From: Gammaproteobacteria bacterium
GTDB lineage: Bacteria; Pseudomonadota; Gammaproteobacteria; Steroidobacterales; Foliamicaceae
DNA length: 64,000 bases
Assembly: GCA_026708965.1 (NCBI GenBank)
Contig: JAPOTY010000024.1
Span: 20,785-84,784 of the forward strand
Direction: 5' to 3'
In this document: piece by piece, positions 20,477 to 27,876 of the stretch
Position numbering within the stretch: position 1 is the stretch's first letter
How the letters are laid out: the number at the start of each line of letters is the position of its first letter
Program-made: the position numbers and the translations under genes
Notes under the pieces: generated by a model
Database searches by the model: none
Seen by the model: only the letters and a program-made list of their open reading frames with translations
What the model was told of the DNA's origin: nothing

Positions 20477-21297
20477 GCCTCGTTTACGTGGGCGTCTTAA
20501 GCCATGCGCCGGGCATTACCGGGCGGGCCGATCTGGTCAAAAACGTAGCGGTTAGAAACGAGTTCTACGAGAAACTGGACCAGCAGCGCCAAGAGATCGA
20601 AACAGCGAAGCCCGATGCCCTGGTTGTGGTCGCCGCGGAGCACTTCGCGAATTTCTTCATGAGCAATATGCCTGCTTTCTGCATCGGAATCGGCGCGCAG
20701 CACACTGGCCCTATAGAAGATCCGCAGTGGCTCAAAATCCCGGCCACGACGGTGCCGGGCCATGCTGATCTCGGCCGCCGGCTCTGCACCGAGATCATGC
20801 AGTCGGTTGATCTCGCTTATGCGGAGGAATGGAAGCTGGACCACGGCATCATGGTTCCGCTGCATTTCCTCACCCCCCGCTACGACCTGCCCGTGATCCC
20901 CGTGAACATTAATTGCCAAGGCCCTCCGCTCACGCCGCTGCATCGGGCGTGGGCATTCGGCCAAGCCTTGAAGCGCGCCTGCGCCGCGGTCCCGGAACGA
21001 GTGGCGGTTGTGGGAACCGGAGGGATTTCCCATTGGCCGGCAACGCCGGATTCCGGAAAAATAAACGCCAAGTGGGATCTTGAGTTTCTCCACCGCCTTG
21101 GCCGCGCCGATAAAAAAGCGCTGCTGTCCTACACCGATGAAGCGACTTACCGCGAGGGCGGCCAGGGCGCTTTCGAGATCCGGACCTATATCGCCGCCGC
21201 CGCCGCCGCAGGCGGGCCGCTGCGCCTGCAGTTCTACACCGAAAAGCTGCCGATTTTCGCCGTGGGCTGCACGGTCGGCCGATTTGACATCAGGTGA
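20473..21297 (+). CDS. class III extradiol ring-cleavage dioxygenase, LigB/HpaD family
   Basis: The 274-aa protein starts MSLVYVGVLSHAPGI. It also has the EHFANFF, DHGIMVPL and GGISHWP patterns typical of the LigB family. Confidence 0.85.
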   Translation: MSLVYVGVLSHAPGITGRADLVKNVAVRNEFYEKLDQQRQEIETAKPDALVVVAAEHFANFFMSNMPAFCIGIGAQHTGPIEDPQWLKIPATTVPGHADLGRRLCTEIMQSVDLAYAEEWKLDHGIMVPLHFLTPRYDLPVIPVNINCQGPPLTPLHRAWAFGQALKRACAAVPERVAVVGTGGISHWPATPDSGKINAKWDLEFLHRLGRADKKALLSYTDEATYREGGQGAFEIRTYIAAAAAAGGPLRLQFYTEKLPIFAVGCTVGRFDIR

Positions 21298-21332
21298 ATG
21301 AGGCGCGTCCATGCCTTAAGCTCGCAGATGAA

Positions 21333-21360
21333 GCCTTTTCCCGCCCTCTTCTTCCGGGAA
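21333..21360 (+). repeat. isolated left arm of the palindromic element family
   Basis: GCCTTTTCCCGCCCTCTTCTTCCGGGAA fits the pyrimidine-rich arm consensus. No partner arm lies within 200 bp. Confidence 0.45.
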
Positions 21361-21418
21361 TTCCAGCGACTATGCGCAACGCTGCTATTGTGTCATCCGC
21401 TCATTTGGCCAAGAATGC

Positions 21419-24400
21419 ATGGAGACAGTTCTCTCTATGGCGATGAATACGCACGAACGGGAGCTTGAGGAGGCGCTTGTCGCCAAGCTCCGGCGCCTCA
21501 ACTACGAATACCGCCCCGATATCCGCGACCGGGCGGCGCTCGAAGCGAATTTCAGGGAGAAATTCGAGGCGCTGAACCGGGTCCAGCTCAGCGACGGCGA
21601 GTTCCGGCGGCTTCTCGACAATATCGTCACGCCCGACGCGTACGAAGCCGCGCGCTCGCTCCGCAACCGGGAAGCGTTCCTCCGCGACGACGGCACGCCG
21701 CTCAACTACACGCTGGTCAATATCAACGACTGGTGCAAGAACACCTTCGAGGTGGTCAACCAGCTCCGCATCAATACCGACTACAGCCATCACCGCTACG
21801 ACGTGATCGTCCTGATCAACGGCATTCCGGCGGCGCAGATCGAGTTGAAGTCGCTCGGGATCAGCCCCCGGCGGGCCATGGAGCAGATCGTCGATTACAA
21901 GAACGATCCCGGCAACGGCTACGCCCGCACGCTGCTCTGCTTCGTCCAGCTCTTCATCGTCAGCAACCGCGCGGACACCTGGTACTTCGCCAACAACAAC
22001 GCGCCGCACTTCGCCTTCGACGCGGACGAGCGGTTCCTTCCGGTCTATCAGTTCGCCGACGAGGACAATGCCAAAATCACCCATCTCGACGATTTCGCCG
22101 AGCGTTTCCTCGCCAAATGCGCGCTCGGCGAGACGATCAGCAAGCACATGGTGCTGATCGCGACCGAACGGAAGCTGATGATGATGCGCCCGTACCAGAT
22201 CTACGCGGTGAAGGCCATCGTCGATTGCATCGAGCAGAACCGCGGCAACGGCTATATCTGGCACACCACCGGCTCGGGCAAGACGCTCACCTCCTTCAAG
22301 GCCGCGACGCTGCTCAAGGCCAACGGCAGCATCCGCAAGTGCCTGTTCGTGGTTGACCGCAAGGATCTCGACCGGCAGACCCGCGAGGAGTTCAACCGTT
22401 TCCAGGAGAACTGCGTGGAGGAAAACACCAGCACCGCCGCGCTGGTCCGCCGCCTCCTTTCCGACGACTATGCGGACAAGGTGATCGTCACCACCATCCA
22501 GAAGCTCGGGCTGGCGCTCGGCGAGAGCGGCAAGCGCAACAAGCGGAGCGCCGCGCGGGGCCGGCCAACGTTCAAGCGGCGGCTTGAGCATCTCCGCGGC
22601 CAGCGGATGGTGTTCATCTTCGACGAATGCCACCGCTCGCAGTTCGGCGAGAACCACAAGGCCATCAAGGCGTTCTTCCCGAACTCCCAGCTATTCGGCT
22701 TCACCGGCACGCCGATCTTCGAGGACAACGCGGCCGCGAGGAAGATCGAGGGGGATGCCGCCACCCTGCGGACCACGGAGGACCTGTTCCAGAAGCAACT
22801 CCACGCCTATACCATCACCCACGCCATCGAGGACCGCAACGTCCTGCGCTTCCATGTCGATTACTACAAGCCCAAGGACGCCCCGGCCCCCAAGCCGGGG
22901 CAGACGCTCGCCAAGCAGGCGGTCGCCCAGGCCATTCTCGGCAAGCACGATGCCGCCACCGGCGGCCGGCGCTTCAACGCGCTGCTGGCCACCGCCTCGA
23001 TCAACGACGCCATCGAGTACTTCGAGGTGTTCAAGGCGCTGCAAGCCGAGCGTAGCGCCGCCAACCCCGGCTTCGTCCCTCTCAAAATCGCCGCCGTGTT
23101 CTCGCCGCCCGCGGAGGGCAACAAGGACATCCAGCAGATCCAGGAGGACCTGCCGCAGGAGCAGGCGGACAACCGGCACGACCCCGAGGGCAAGAAGGCC
23201 GCGCTCGCGGCCATCATCCGCGACTACAACGAGCGCTACGGCGCCAACCACGACCTCAGCAACTTCGACCTCTACTACCAAGACATCCAGCAGCGCATAA
23301 AAAGCCAGCAGTTCCCCAACCGCGATTTGCCTCTAAAGGGCGCGGAGAAGATCGATATCGCCATCGTGGTCGATATGCTTCTCACCGGGTTCGACGCCAA
23401 GTATCTGAACACGCTCTACGTTGATAAGAACCTCAAGCACCACGGCCTGATCCAGGCCTTCTCGCGCACCAACCGCGTGCTCAACGCCGCCAAGCCCTAC
23501 GGCCAGATCCTCGATTTCCGCCAGCAGCAGGAAAGCGTGGATGCCGCCATCGCGCTGTTCTCCGGCGCCCAAGCCGACCGCGCCCGCGAAATATGGCTGG
23601 TCGATAAAGCTCCCGTGGTGATCGAGCGCTTCGGGAAGGCCGTCGCCGAACTCGACGGGTTGATGCGCTCGCAAGGGCTGGAGGCGAAGCCCGACCAGGT
23701 GGGCAACCTGAGGGGCGACGATGCCCGCGTCCAGTTCATCAAGCGGTTCAAGGAGGTGCAGCGCCTCCAGACCCAGCTCGACCAGTACACCGACCTCGCC
23801 GACGAGCAGCGGGAGCAAATCGAGCGGGTTCTTCCGAAGGACGACCTCCGGGCCTTCCGCGGCGCCTACCTCGAAACCGCCCGGCGCCTGAAGGACCAGC
23901 AGGGCAGGAGCGGCCCGGACGGCGGGCCGGCCAATCCCGATATCGACCAGCTCGATTTCGAGTTCGTGCTGTTCGCCTCCGCGCTGATCGACTACGACTA
24001 CATCATGGCGCTGATCGCCAAGTATTCCCGGCAGGACCCGAAAAAGGTCGAGATCAGCCGCGAGCAACTGATCGGGCTGATCCGCTCCGACGCCAAATTC
24101 CTCGGCGTGCGCGAGGAGATCGCCGAGTACGTCCATTCCATCGAGGAGGGCGAGGGCTTGGACGAGAACGAGGTCCGCGCCGGCTACCAGCGGTTCAAGG
24201 CCGGGAAGCAGGCGCAGGAGATCGACGATCTCGCCCGGGCCCACGGCCTGGCGACCGATTCGCTGTCGGCCTTCGTCGAAACCATCCTCCAGCGCATGGT
24301 CTTCGACGGCGAGCGGCTCACCGACCTGATGGAGCCGCTGGGCCTAAGCTGGCGCGAACGCCGCGAGCGCGAGCTCGCGCTGATGGCCGATCTCGCCCCG

Positions 24401-24457
24401 CTGCTGAGGAAGCGAGCGGAAGGCCGGGAAATCTCCGGCCTCGCCGCGTATGATTAG
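21419..24457 (+). CDS. hsdR: type I restriction enzyme R subunit
   Basis: The 1012-aa protein has helicase motif I (HTTGSGKTLT) and motif II (FIFDECHRSQ). Length is typical for HsdR. Confidence 0.95.
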   Translation: METVLSMAMNTHERELEEALVAKLRRLNYEYRPDIRDRAALEANFREKFEALNRVQLSDGEFRRLLDNIVTPDAYEAARSLRNREAFLRDDGTPLNYTLVNINDWCKNTFEVVNQLRINTDYSHHRYDVIVLINGIPAAQIELKSLGISPRRAMEQIVDYKNDPGNGYARTLLCFVQLFIVSNRADTWYFANNNAPHFAFDADERFLPVYQFADEDNAKITHLDDFAERFLAKCALGETISKHMVLIATERKLMMMRPYQIYAVKAIVDCIEQNRGNGYIWHTTGSGKTLTSFKAATLLKANGSIRKCLFVVDRKDLDRQTREEFNRFQENCVEENTSTAALVRRLLSDDYADKVIVTTIQKLGLALGESGKRNKRSAARGRPTFKRRLEHLRGQRMVFIFDECHRSQFGENHKAIKAFFPNSQLFGFTGTPIFEDNAAARKIEGDAATLRTTEDLFQKQLHAYTITHAIEDRNVLRFHVDYYKPKDAPAPKPGQTLAKQAVAQAILGKHDAATGGRRFNALLATASINDAIEYFEVFKALQAERSAANPGFVPLKIAAVFSPPAEGNKDIQQIQEDLPQEQADNRHDPEGKKAALAAIIRDYNERYGANHDLSNFDLYYQDIQQRIKSQQFPNRDLPLKGAEKIDIAIVVDMLLTGFDAKYLNTLYVDKNLKHHGLIQAFSRTNRVLNAAKPYGQILDFRQQQESVDAAIALFSGAQADRAREIWLVDKAPVVIERFGKAVAELDGLMRSQGLEAKPDQVGNLRGDDARVQFIKRFKEVQRLQTQLDQYTDLADEQREQIERVLPKDDLRAFRGAYLETARRLKDQQGRSGPDGGPANPDIDQLDFEFVLFASALIDYDYIMALIAKYSRQDPKKVEISREQLIGLIRSDAKFLGVREEIAEYVHSIEEGEGLDENEVRAGYQRFKAGKQAQEIDDLARAHGLATDSLSAFVETILQRMVFDGERLTDLMEPLGLSWRERRERELALMADLAPLLRKRAEGREISGLAAYD

Positions 24458-24606
24458 CAAATGGTCCGTCAGCCAGCGGCCTTCGGGGTGTCGGGCGGCA
24501 GCCTCGCCGACCATTTTGCCGATGCCGGGAAAATGGCCGAACCCGGCTCTGGCAGCAAGCGAAAAACCGGCGACTTCGCGCCGCCCCGCCTGCTCACCAA
24601 GCGCAG

Positions 24607-24825
24607 TTATTGGCTCGCCGCCGCACCGCTTGAGTTTTCGCCGCCGATCAGCCGATTCTCAATGACTGCGAGGCGAATCTCTAAACCCGTCACGCGGTCG
24701 CTGAGCCGATCAATCCGATTGCTGGTATTTCCCCACGCCATCCATATAGCAACCAGGATGGTGGCAGTGCTGGCAACAACAGTGGCACCCAAGCCAAGAG
24801 TGCATCCGATCAACGTCTTGTTCAT
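24607..24825 (-). CDS. hypothetical small membrane-anchored coiled-coil protein, antisense to the R-M operon
   Basis: The 72-aa ORF has an N-terminal TM helix followed by RIDRLSDRVTGLEIRLAVIENRL. It lies in the AT-richer hsdR-hsdS spacer and has the same architecture as the ORF at 11699-11989. Confidence 0.35.
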   Translation of the reverse strand: MNKTLIGCTLGLGATVVASTATILVAIWMAWGNTSNRIDRLSDRVTGLEIRLAVIENRLIGGENSSGAAASQ

Positions 24826-24946
24826 ACCCCGGAGTATATAGTAGCCGGAGGCTTTGCGTGGTCAGGCGGATCATGCCCAAAGAGAGTCGATCAACAACTG
24901 GCATCAGCAGAGAAAAAGCGCCGAAACACCCGCCCGGACTGGAAGA

Positions 24947-26185
24947 ATGACGCGAGCAGCGAAAGCATTGACACCGAAACTCCGCTTCCCGGAGTTTCGA
25001 GAATGGCCCAAATGGGATTTACTGACGTTGTCGTCCGCTAGTGATGTAAACCCAAAAAATGGCGGGTTGCCGAAGCAGTTCATCTATATCGACCTCGAAT
25101 CGGTCAAGAACAGCACACTTATCGAGCGAAAAGAAATCAGTCGAGACGCTGCCCCGAGCCGTGCTCAGCGACTACTGAGTCGCAAGGACATCATTTACCA
25201 AACGGTACGCCCCTATCAACGAAACAACCTCTTTTTCGACATTGACGACGGGCGCGAATACGTGGCTTCAACGGGCTATGCGCAGATTCGAGCATATGGA
25301 AGTCCAAGGTTTCTGTACCAGCTACTTCACACAGATTCATTTGTGAGGAGTGTCCTAGCCCGATGCACGGGATCAAACTACCCTGCAATAAACCCTTCAG
25401 CTCTCGCATCAATTGAAGTGTTGCTGCCGAAGGAAGGCGAGCAGCGGAAGATCGCCGACTGCCTCGGCTCGCTGGACGATCTGATCGCGGCGGAGGCCCG
25501 CAAGCTCGAAGCCCTGCGCCAGCACAAGAAAGGGCTGATGCAGCAACTCTTCCCCCAACCCGGCGAAACCGCCCCCCGCCTCCGCTTCCCCGAGTTCGTG
25601 GGGCAGCCGTTGCATCACGTTCGACTCCGCGATTTGACGGAACAATCCACGGCAAGAAATGGCAAGAAACTCTCGTTGGAAGCAGTGATGGGAGTGAATA
25701 AAGAGCATGGCATTGTTCCGATGAAGAAGCGGTTGGTTGCTGCGGACATTTCCCGTTACAAACTTGTCCGCAGCAATTGGTTCGCCTATAACCCGATGCG
25801 ACTGAACATTGGCTCTATTGCGCGATACCAAGGCAACGGCAATATCCTCGTGAGCCCGGACTACGTCGTATTCCGCTGCCTTGAGCGATCCATGCCAACA
25901 GGGCTTCTTCCAGAATATCTCGATAGCTTTCGCAGTTGTTGGCAATGGCACGTGTTCGTAAACGAAGCCGGTGATGGTGGAGTACGTGTGCGAATCTACT
26001 ACCGTGACCTCGCGCAACTGCAATTGGCACTGCCTAGCATTGCGGAGCAGCGGAAGATCGCCGAGTGCCTCGGCTCGCTGGATGCCTTGATCGCGGCGGG
26101 GGGCCGGAAGCTCGAAGCGCTGCGACAGCACAAGCGAGGGCTGATGCAGCAGCTTTTTCCGAATCCCAAGGAGGGTCATGCATGA
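24947..26185 (+). CDS. hsdS: type I restriction-modification specificity subunit
   Basis: There are two variable TRDs, each followed by the conserved helix EQRKIA(D/E)CLGSLD.LIAA..RKLEALRQHK.GLMQQLFP. The start was trimmed to the ATG at 24947 (LRFPEFREW). Confidence 0.9.
   Translation: MTRAAKALTPKLRFPEFREWPKWDLLTLSSASDVNPKNGGLPKQFIYIDLESVKNSTLIERKEISRDAAPSRAQRLLSRKDIIYQTVRPYQRNNLFFDIDDGREYVASTGYAQIRAYGSPRFLYQLLHTDSFVRSVLARCTGSNYPAINPSALASIEVLLPKEGEQRKIADCLGSLDDLIAAEARKLEALRQHKKGLMQQLFPQPGETAPRLRFPEFVGQPLHHVRLRDLTEQSTARNGKKLSLEAVMGVNKEHGIVPMKKRLVAADISRYKLVRSNWFAYNPMRLNIGSIARYQGNGNILVSPDYVVFRCLERSMPTGLLPEYLDSFRSCWQWHVFVNEAGDGGVRVRIYYRDLAQLQLALPSIAEQRKIAECLGSLDALIAAGGRKLEALRQHKRGLMQQLFPNPKEGHA
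25439..25555 (+). repeat. hsdS conserved-region direct repeat, copy 1
   Basis: This ~117-bp segment is near-identical to 26045-26161 and encodes the central conserved helix. Confidence 0.85.
26045..26161 (+). repeat. hsdS conserved-region direct repeat, copy 2
   Basis: This is the partner of 25439-25555 and encodes the C-terminal conserved helix. Confidence 0.85.
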
Positions 26186-26649
26186 GCTATCCCTACAGCA
26201 CCCACCGGATTCACGAAATCCTCAAAGCGGAAAAGCGCTTGCCCGAGGGCGATGCCGACGAGTCGAAGAAGGTCGGCAAAAGCGGCCTTTACGAAACCCG
26301 CCCGGAATTGATAGACGGGCCGTTCGTGGACATGCGCTATATCGCCAAGGCGCCCGTGCTGACTGAGGTGACGACTTGCGAGGCCAGCTTTCTGCTCGCC
26401 AATCAGCGGGTGCGCGGCGTAGGCTATCATTCAGTGGGTCGCTGGAACTTCCGTTTCAAGCAACGCATCCCCAAGGGCTGGCATCTCAATGTTTGCGATC
26501 CGAACCTGCCGACCAACGATCCCAAGCAGAACATCCACCAGCCCCTGCCGGAATTCACGACAACCGATTTCAAGGACTTCATACGAAAAACGACAAAACT
26601 CTGGAAAATAGATCTTGGCCGAACACAGGAAGGAGAACTATTCTCATGA
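26182..26649 (+). CDS. hypothetical protein (155 aa) embedded in the R-M operon
   Basis: The ATG at 26182 forms an ATGA overlap with the hsdS stop, and its own stop forms an ATGA overlap with the next gene. I recognise no family. The region is AT-richer than hsdR and hsdM. Confidence 0.6.
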   Translation: MSYPYSTHRIHEILKAEKRLPEGDADESKKVGKSGLYETRPELIDGPFVDMRYIAKAPVLTEVTTCEASFLLANQRVRGVGYHSVGRWNFRFKQRIPKGWHLNVCDPNLPTNDPKQNIHQPLPEFTTTDFKDFIRKTTKLWKIDLGRTQEGELFS

Positions 26650-27080
26650 CCAGCGCCACGGACTTGAAAGCCGAATTACGCGGGCTCCTGAATGGATTCT
26701 GGAATGAGGCTCTGGAGATGGAGCCGCTCCCGGAGGGGGTGGCGTTCACCATGCCCATGTCCTATCCCGACGGCTGGCAGGTGACGATGGAGTTGCGCCA
26801 GAAGACCCCCGCCGGGTTTTACTTGAGCGATGGGGGCAAGACGCTGGCTTGGCTGCTGGGGCAAGGGCAAAACATTGCCGCCGATGCGGTACAAGGCCAT
26901 CTCAGGCGGCTTTGCTCCGAGCACGCCATCGAAGAGGCCAATGGCGTGCTCTACCGGTGGTTGCAAGCCCCGCTCAACCCGCTCGACTTGCAAGTGTTCG
27001 CCGAAGGGCTGGTGGCGGTTTCCCGATTGGATATTCTGAACGTGCGCCGAATACCCGAGAAGGAGGCATGCCATGATTGA
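26646..27080 (+). CDS. hypothetical protein (144 aa), possibly DUF1828-like
   Basis: It is translationally coupled on both sides. The segment FTMPMSYPDGWQVTMELRQKTPAGFYLSDGGKTLAWLLGQG recalls the DUF1828 pattern (from memory, unverified). Confidence 0.55.
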   Translation: MTSATDLKAELRGLLNGFWNEALEMEPLPEGVAFTMPMSYPDGWQVTMELRQKTPAGFYLSDGGKTLAWLLGQGQNIAADAVQGHLRRLCSEHAIEEANGVLYRWLQAPLNPLDLQVFAEGLVAVSRLDILNVRRIPEKEACHD

Positions 27081-27492
27081 TCCGACGCCCCGCTGGCATT
27101 ACCGGTTTGACAATTATCGCCGCGCATTCAATCTGTTGCGCGAAGCTGTTGAACGGGAAGCGCCGCTGACGCAACTGGAAACGGAGGGCGTTATCCAGCG
27201 CTTCGAATACACTATGGAACTGGCATGGAAAACCTTGAAAGACTACTTGGAGAGCGAAAACGCAGTGCTGGATCAAATGACGCCGCGCACCGTGATTCGC
27301 CATGCTTTCGAGGCAGGCATCGTTCGGCAGGGCGAGATTTTGCAAAAGGCGCTTGATGCGCGCAATCGCATGTCGCACACCTACGACTTTGAAACTTTCC
27401 AGCAGGTCGTTGCCGATATTCGCGGCGGTTATCTGGCGGCATTCGAAGAATTGCACGAATTTCTGCTGACCCGGCGGGCTGGTGAACTATGA
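27073..27492 (+). CDS. HI0074-family nucleotidyltransferase substrate-binding protein (HEPN)
   Basis: It has WHYRFDNYRRAF, QRFEYTMELAWKTLKDYL and an Rx4H HEPN motif (RNRMSH). The RBS AGGAGG lies at 27061-27066. Confidence 0.85.
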   Translation: MIDPTPRWHYRFDNYRRAFNLLREAVEREAPLTQLETEGVIQRFEYTMELAWKTLKDYLESENAVLDQMTPRTVIRHAFEAGIVRQGEILQKALDARNRMSHTYDFETFQQVVADIRGGYLAAFEELHEFLLTRRAGEL

Positions 27493-27827
27493 GCAATGAC
27501 TTTGGTTTGTCCGCAACCCAGCGAGAGACACTGAGAGAGATATTGGCCACTCTCAGCGGCCAGTTTGAGAGCGTGGCCGTTTTCGGATCGCGCGCCGTAG
27601 GGCGGCAGCGGCCCAACTCCGATTTGGATCTGGTGCTTTACGGCTGCGCCGACGAAGCCGTCTGCGACCGATTGCGAACTCTATTGCAGGACAGTCCCTT
27701 GCCTTTTTCCGTCGATGTGAAAAATTATGCTGCTATCGGGCATTTGCCGTTGAAAGCCCATATCGATTCTGTCGCGCTGCCTTTATTTGAGCAGACCGAG
27801 CATGGGTTGATGGCGGTTGCCAGCTAG
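27489..27827 (+). CDS. minimal nucleotidyltransferase (MNT, HI0073-like)
   Basis: It has the pol-beta NTase motif VAVFGSRAVGRQRPNSDLDLVL. Its start forms an ATGA overlap with the HEPN gene stop. Confidence 0.85.
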   Translation: MSNDFGLSATQRETLREILATLSGQFESVAVFGSRAVGRQRPNSDLDLVLYGCADEAVCDRLRTLLQDSPLPFSVDVKNYAAIGHLPLKAHIDSVALPLFEQTEHGLMAVAS

Positions 27828-27876
27828 GAGACTGCGCTGTGGCGCATCTGTTTTTCCGGGGCGTGAAAAGTAGGGC

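Noticed and set aside
22584-23300. A 238-aa Ser/Thr/Pro/Arg-rich ORF in a +1 frame inside hsdR.
   Set aside because: It has a low-complexity composition typical of an off-frame reading of GC-rich coding DNA. The hsdR frame carries the helicase motifs.
24461-24841. A 126-aa plus-strand ORF in the hsdR-hsdS spacer.
   Set aside because: The translation is Arg/Pro/Ser-rich and lacks protein-like features. The opposite-strand 72-aa ORF, with a TM helix and coiled coil, is the more plausible reading, although it is itself uncertain.
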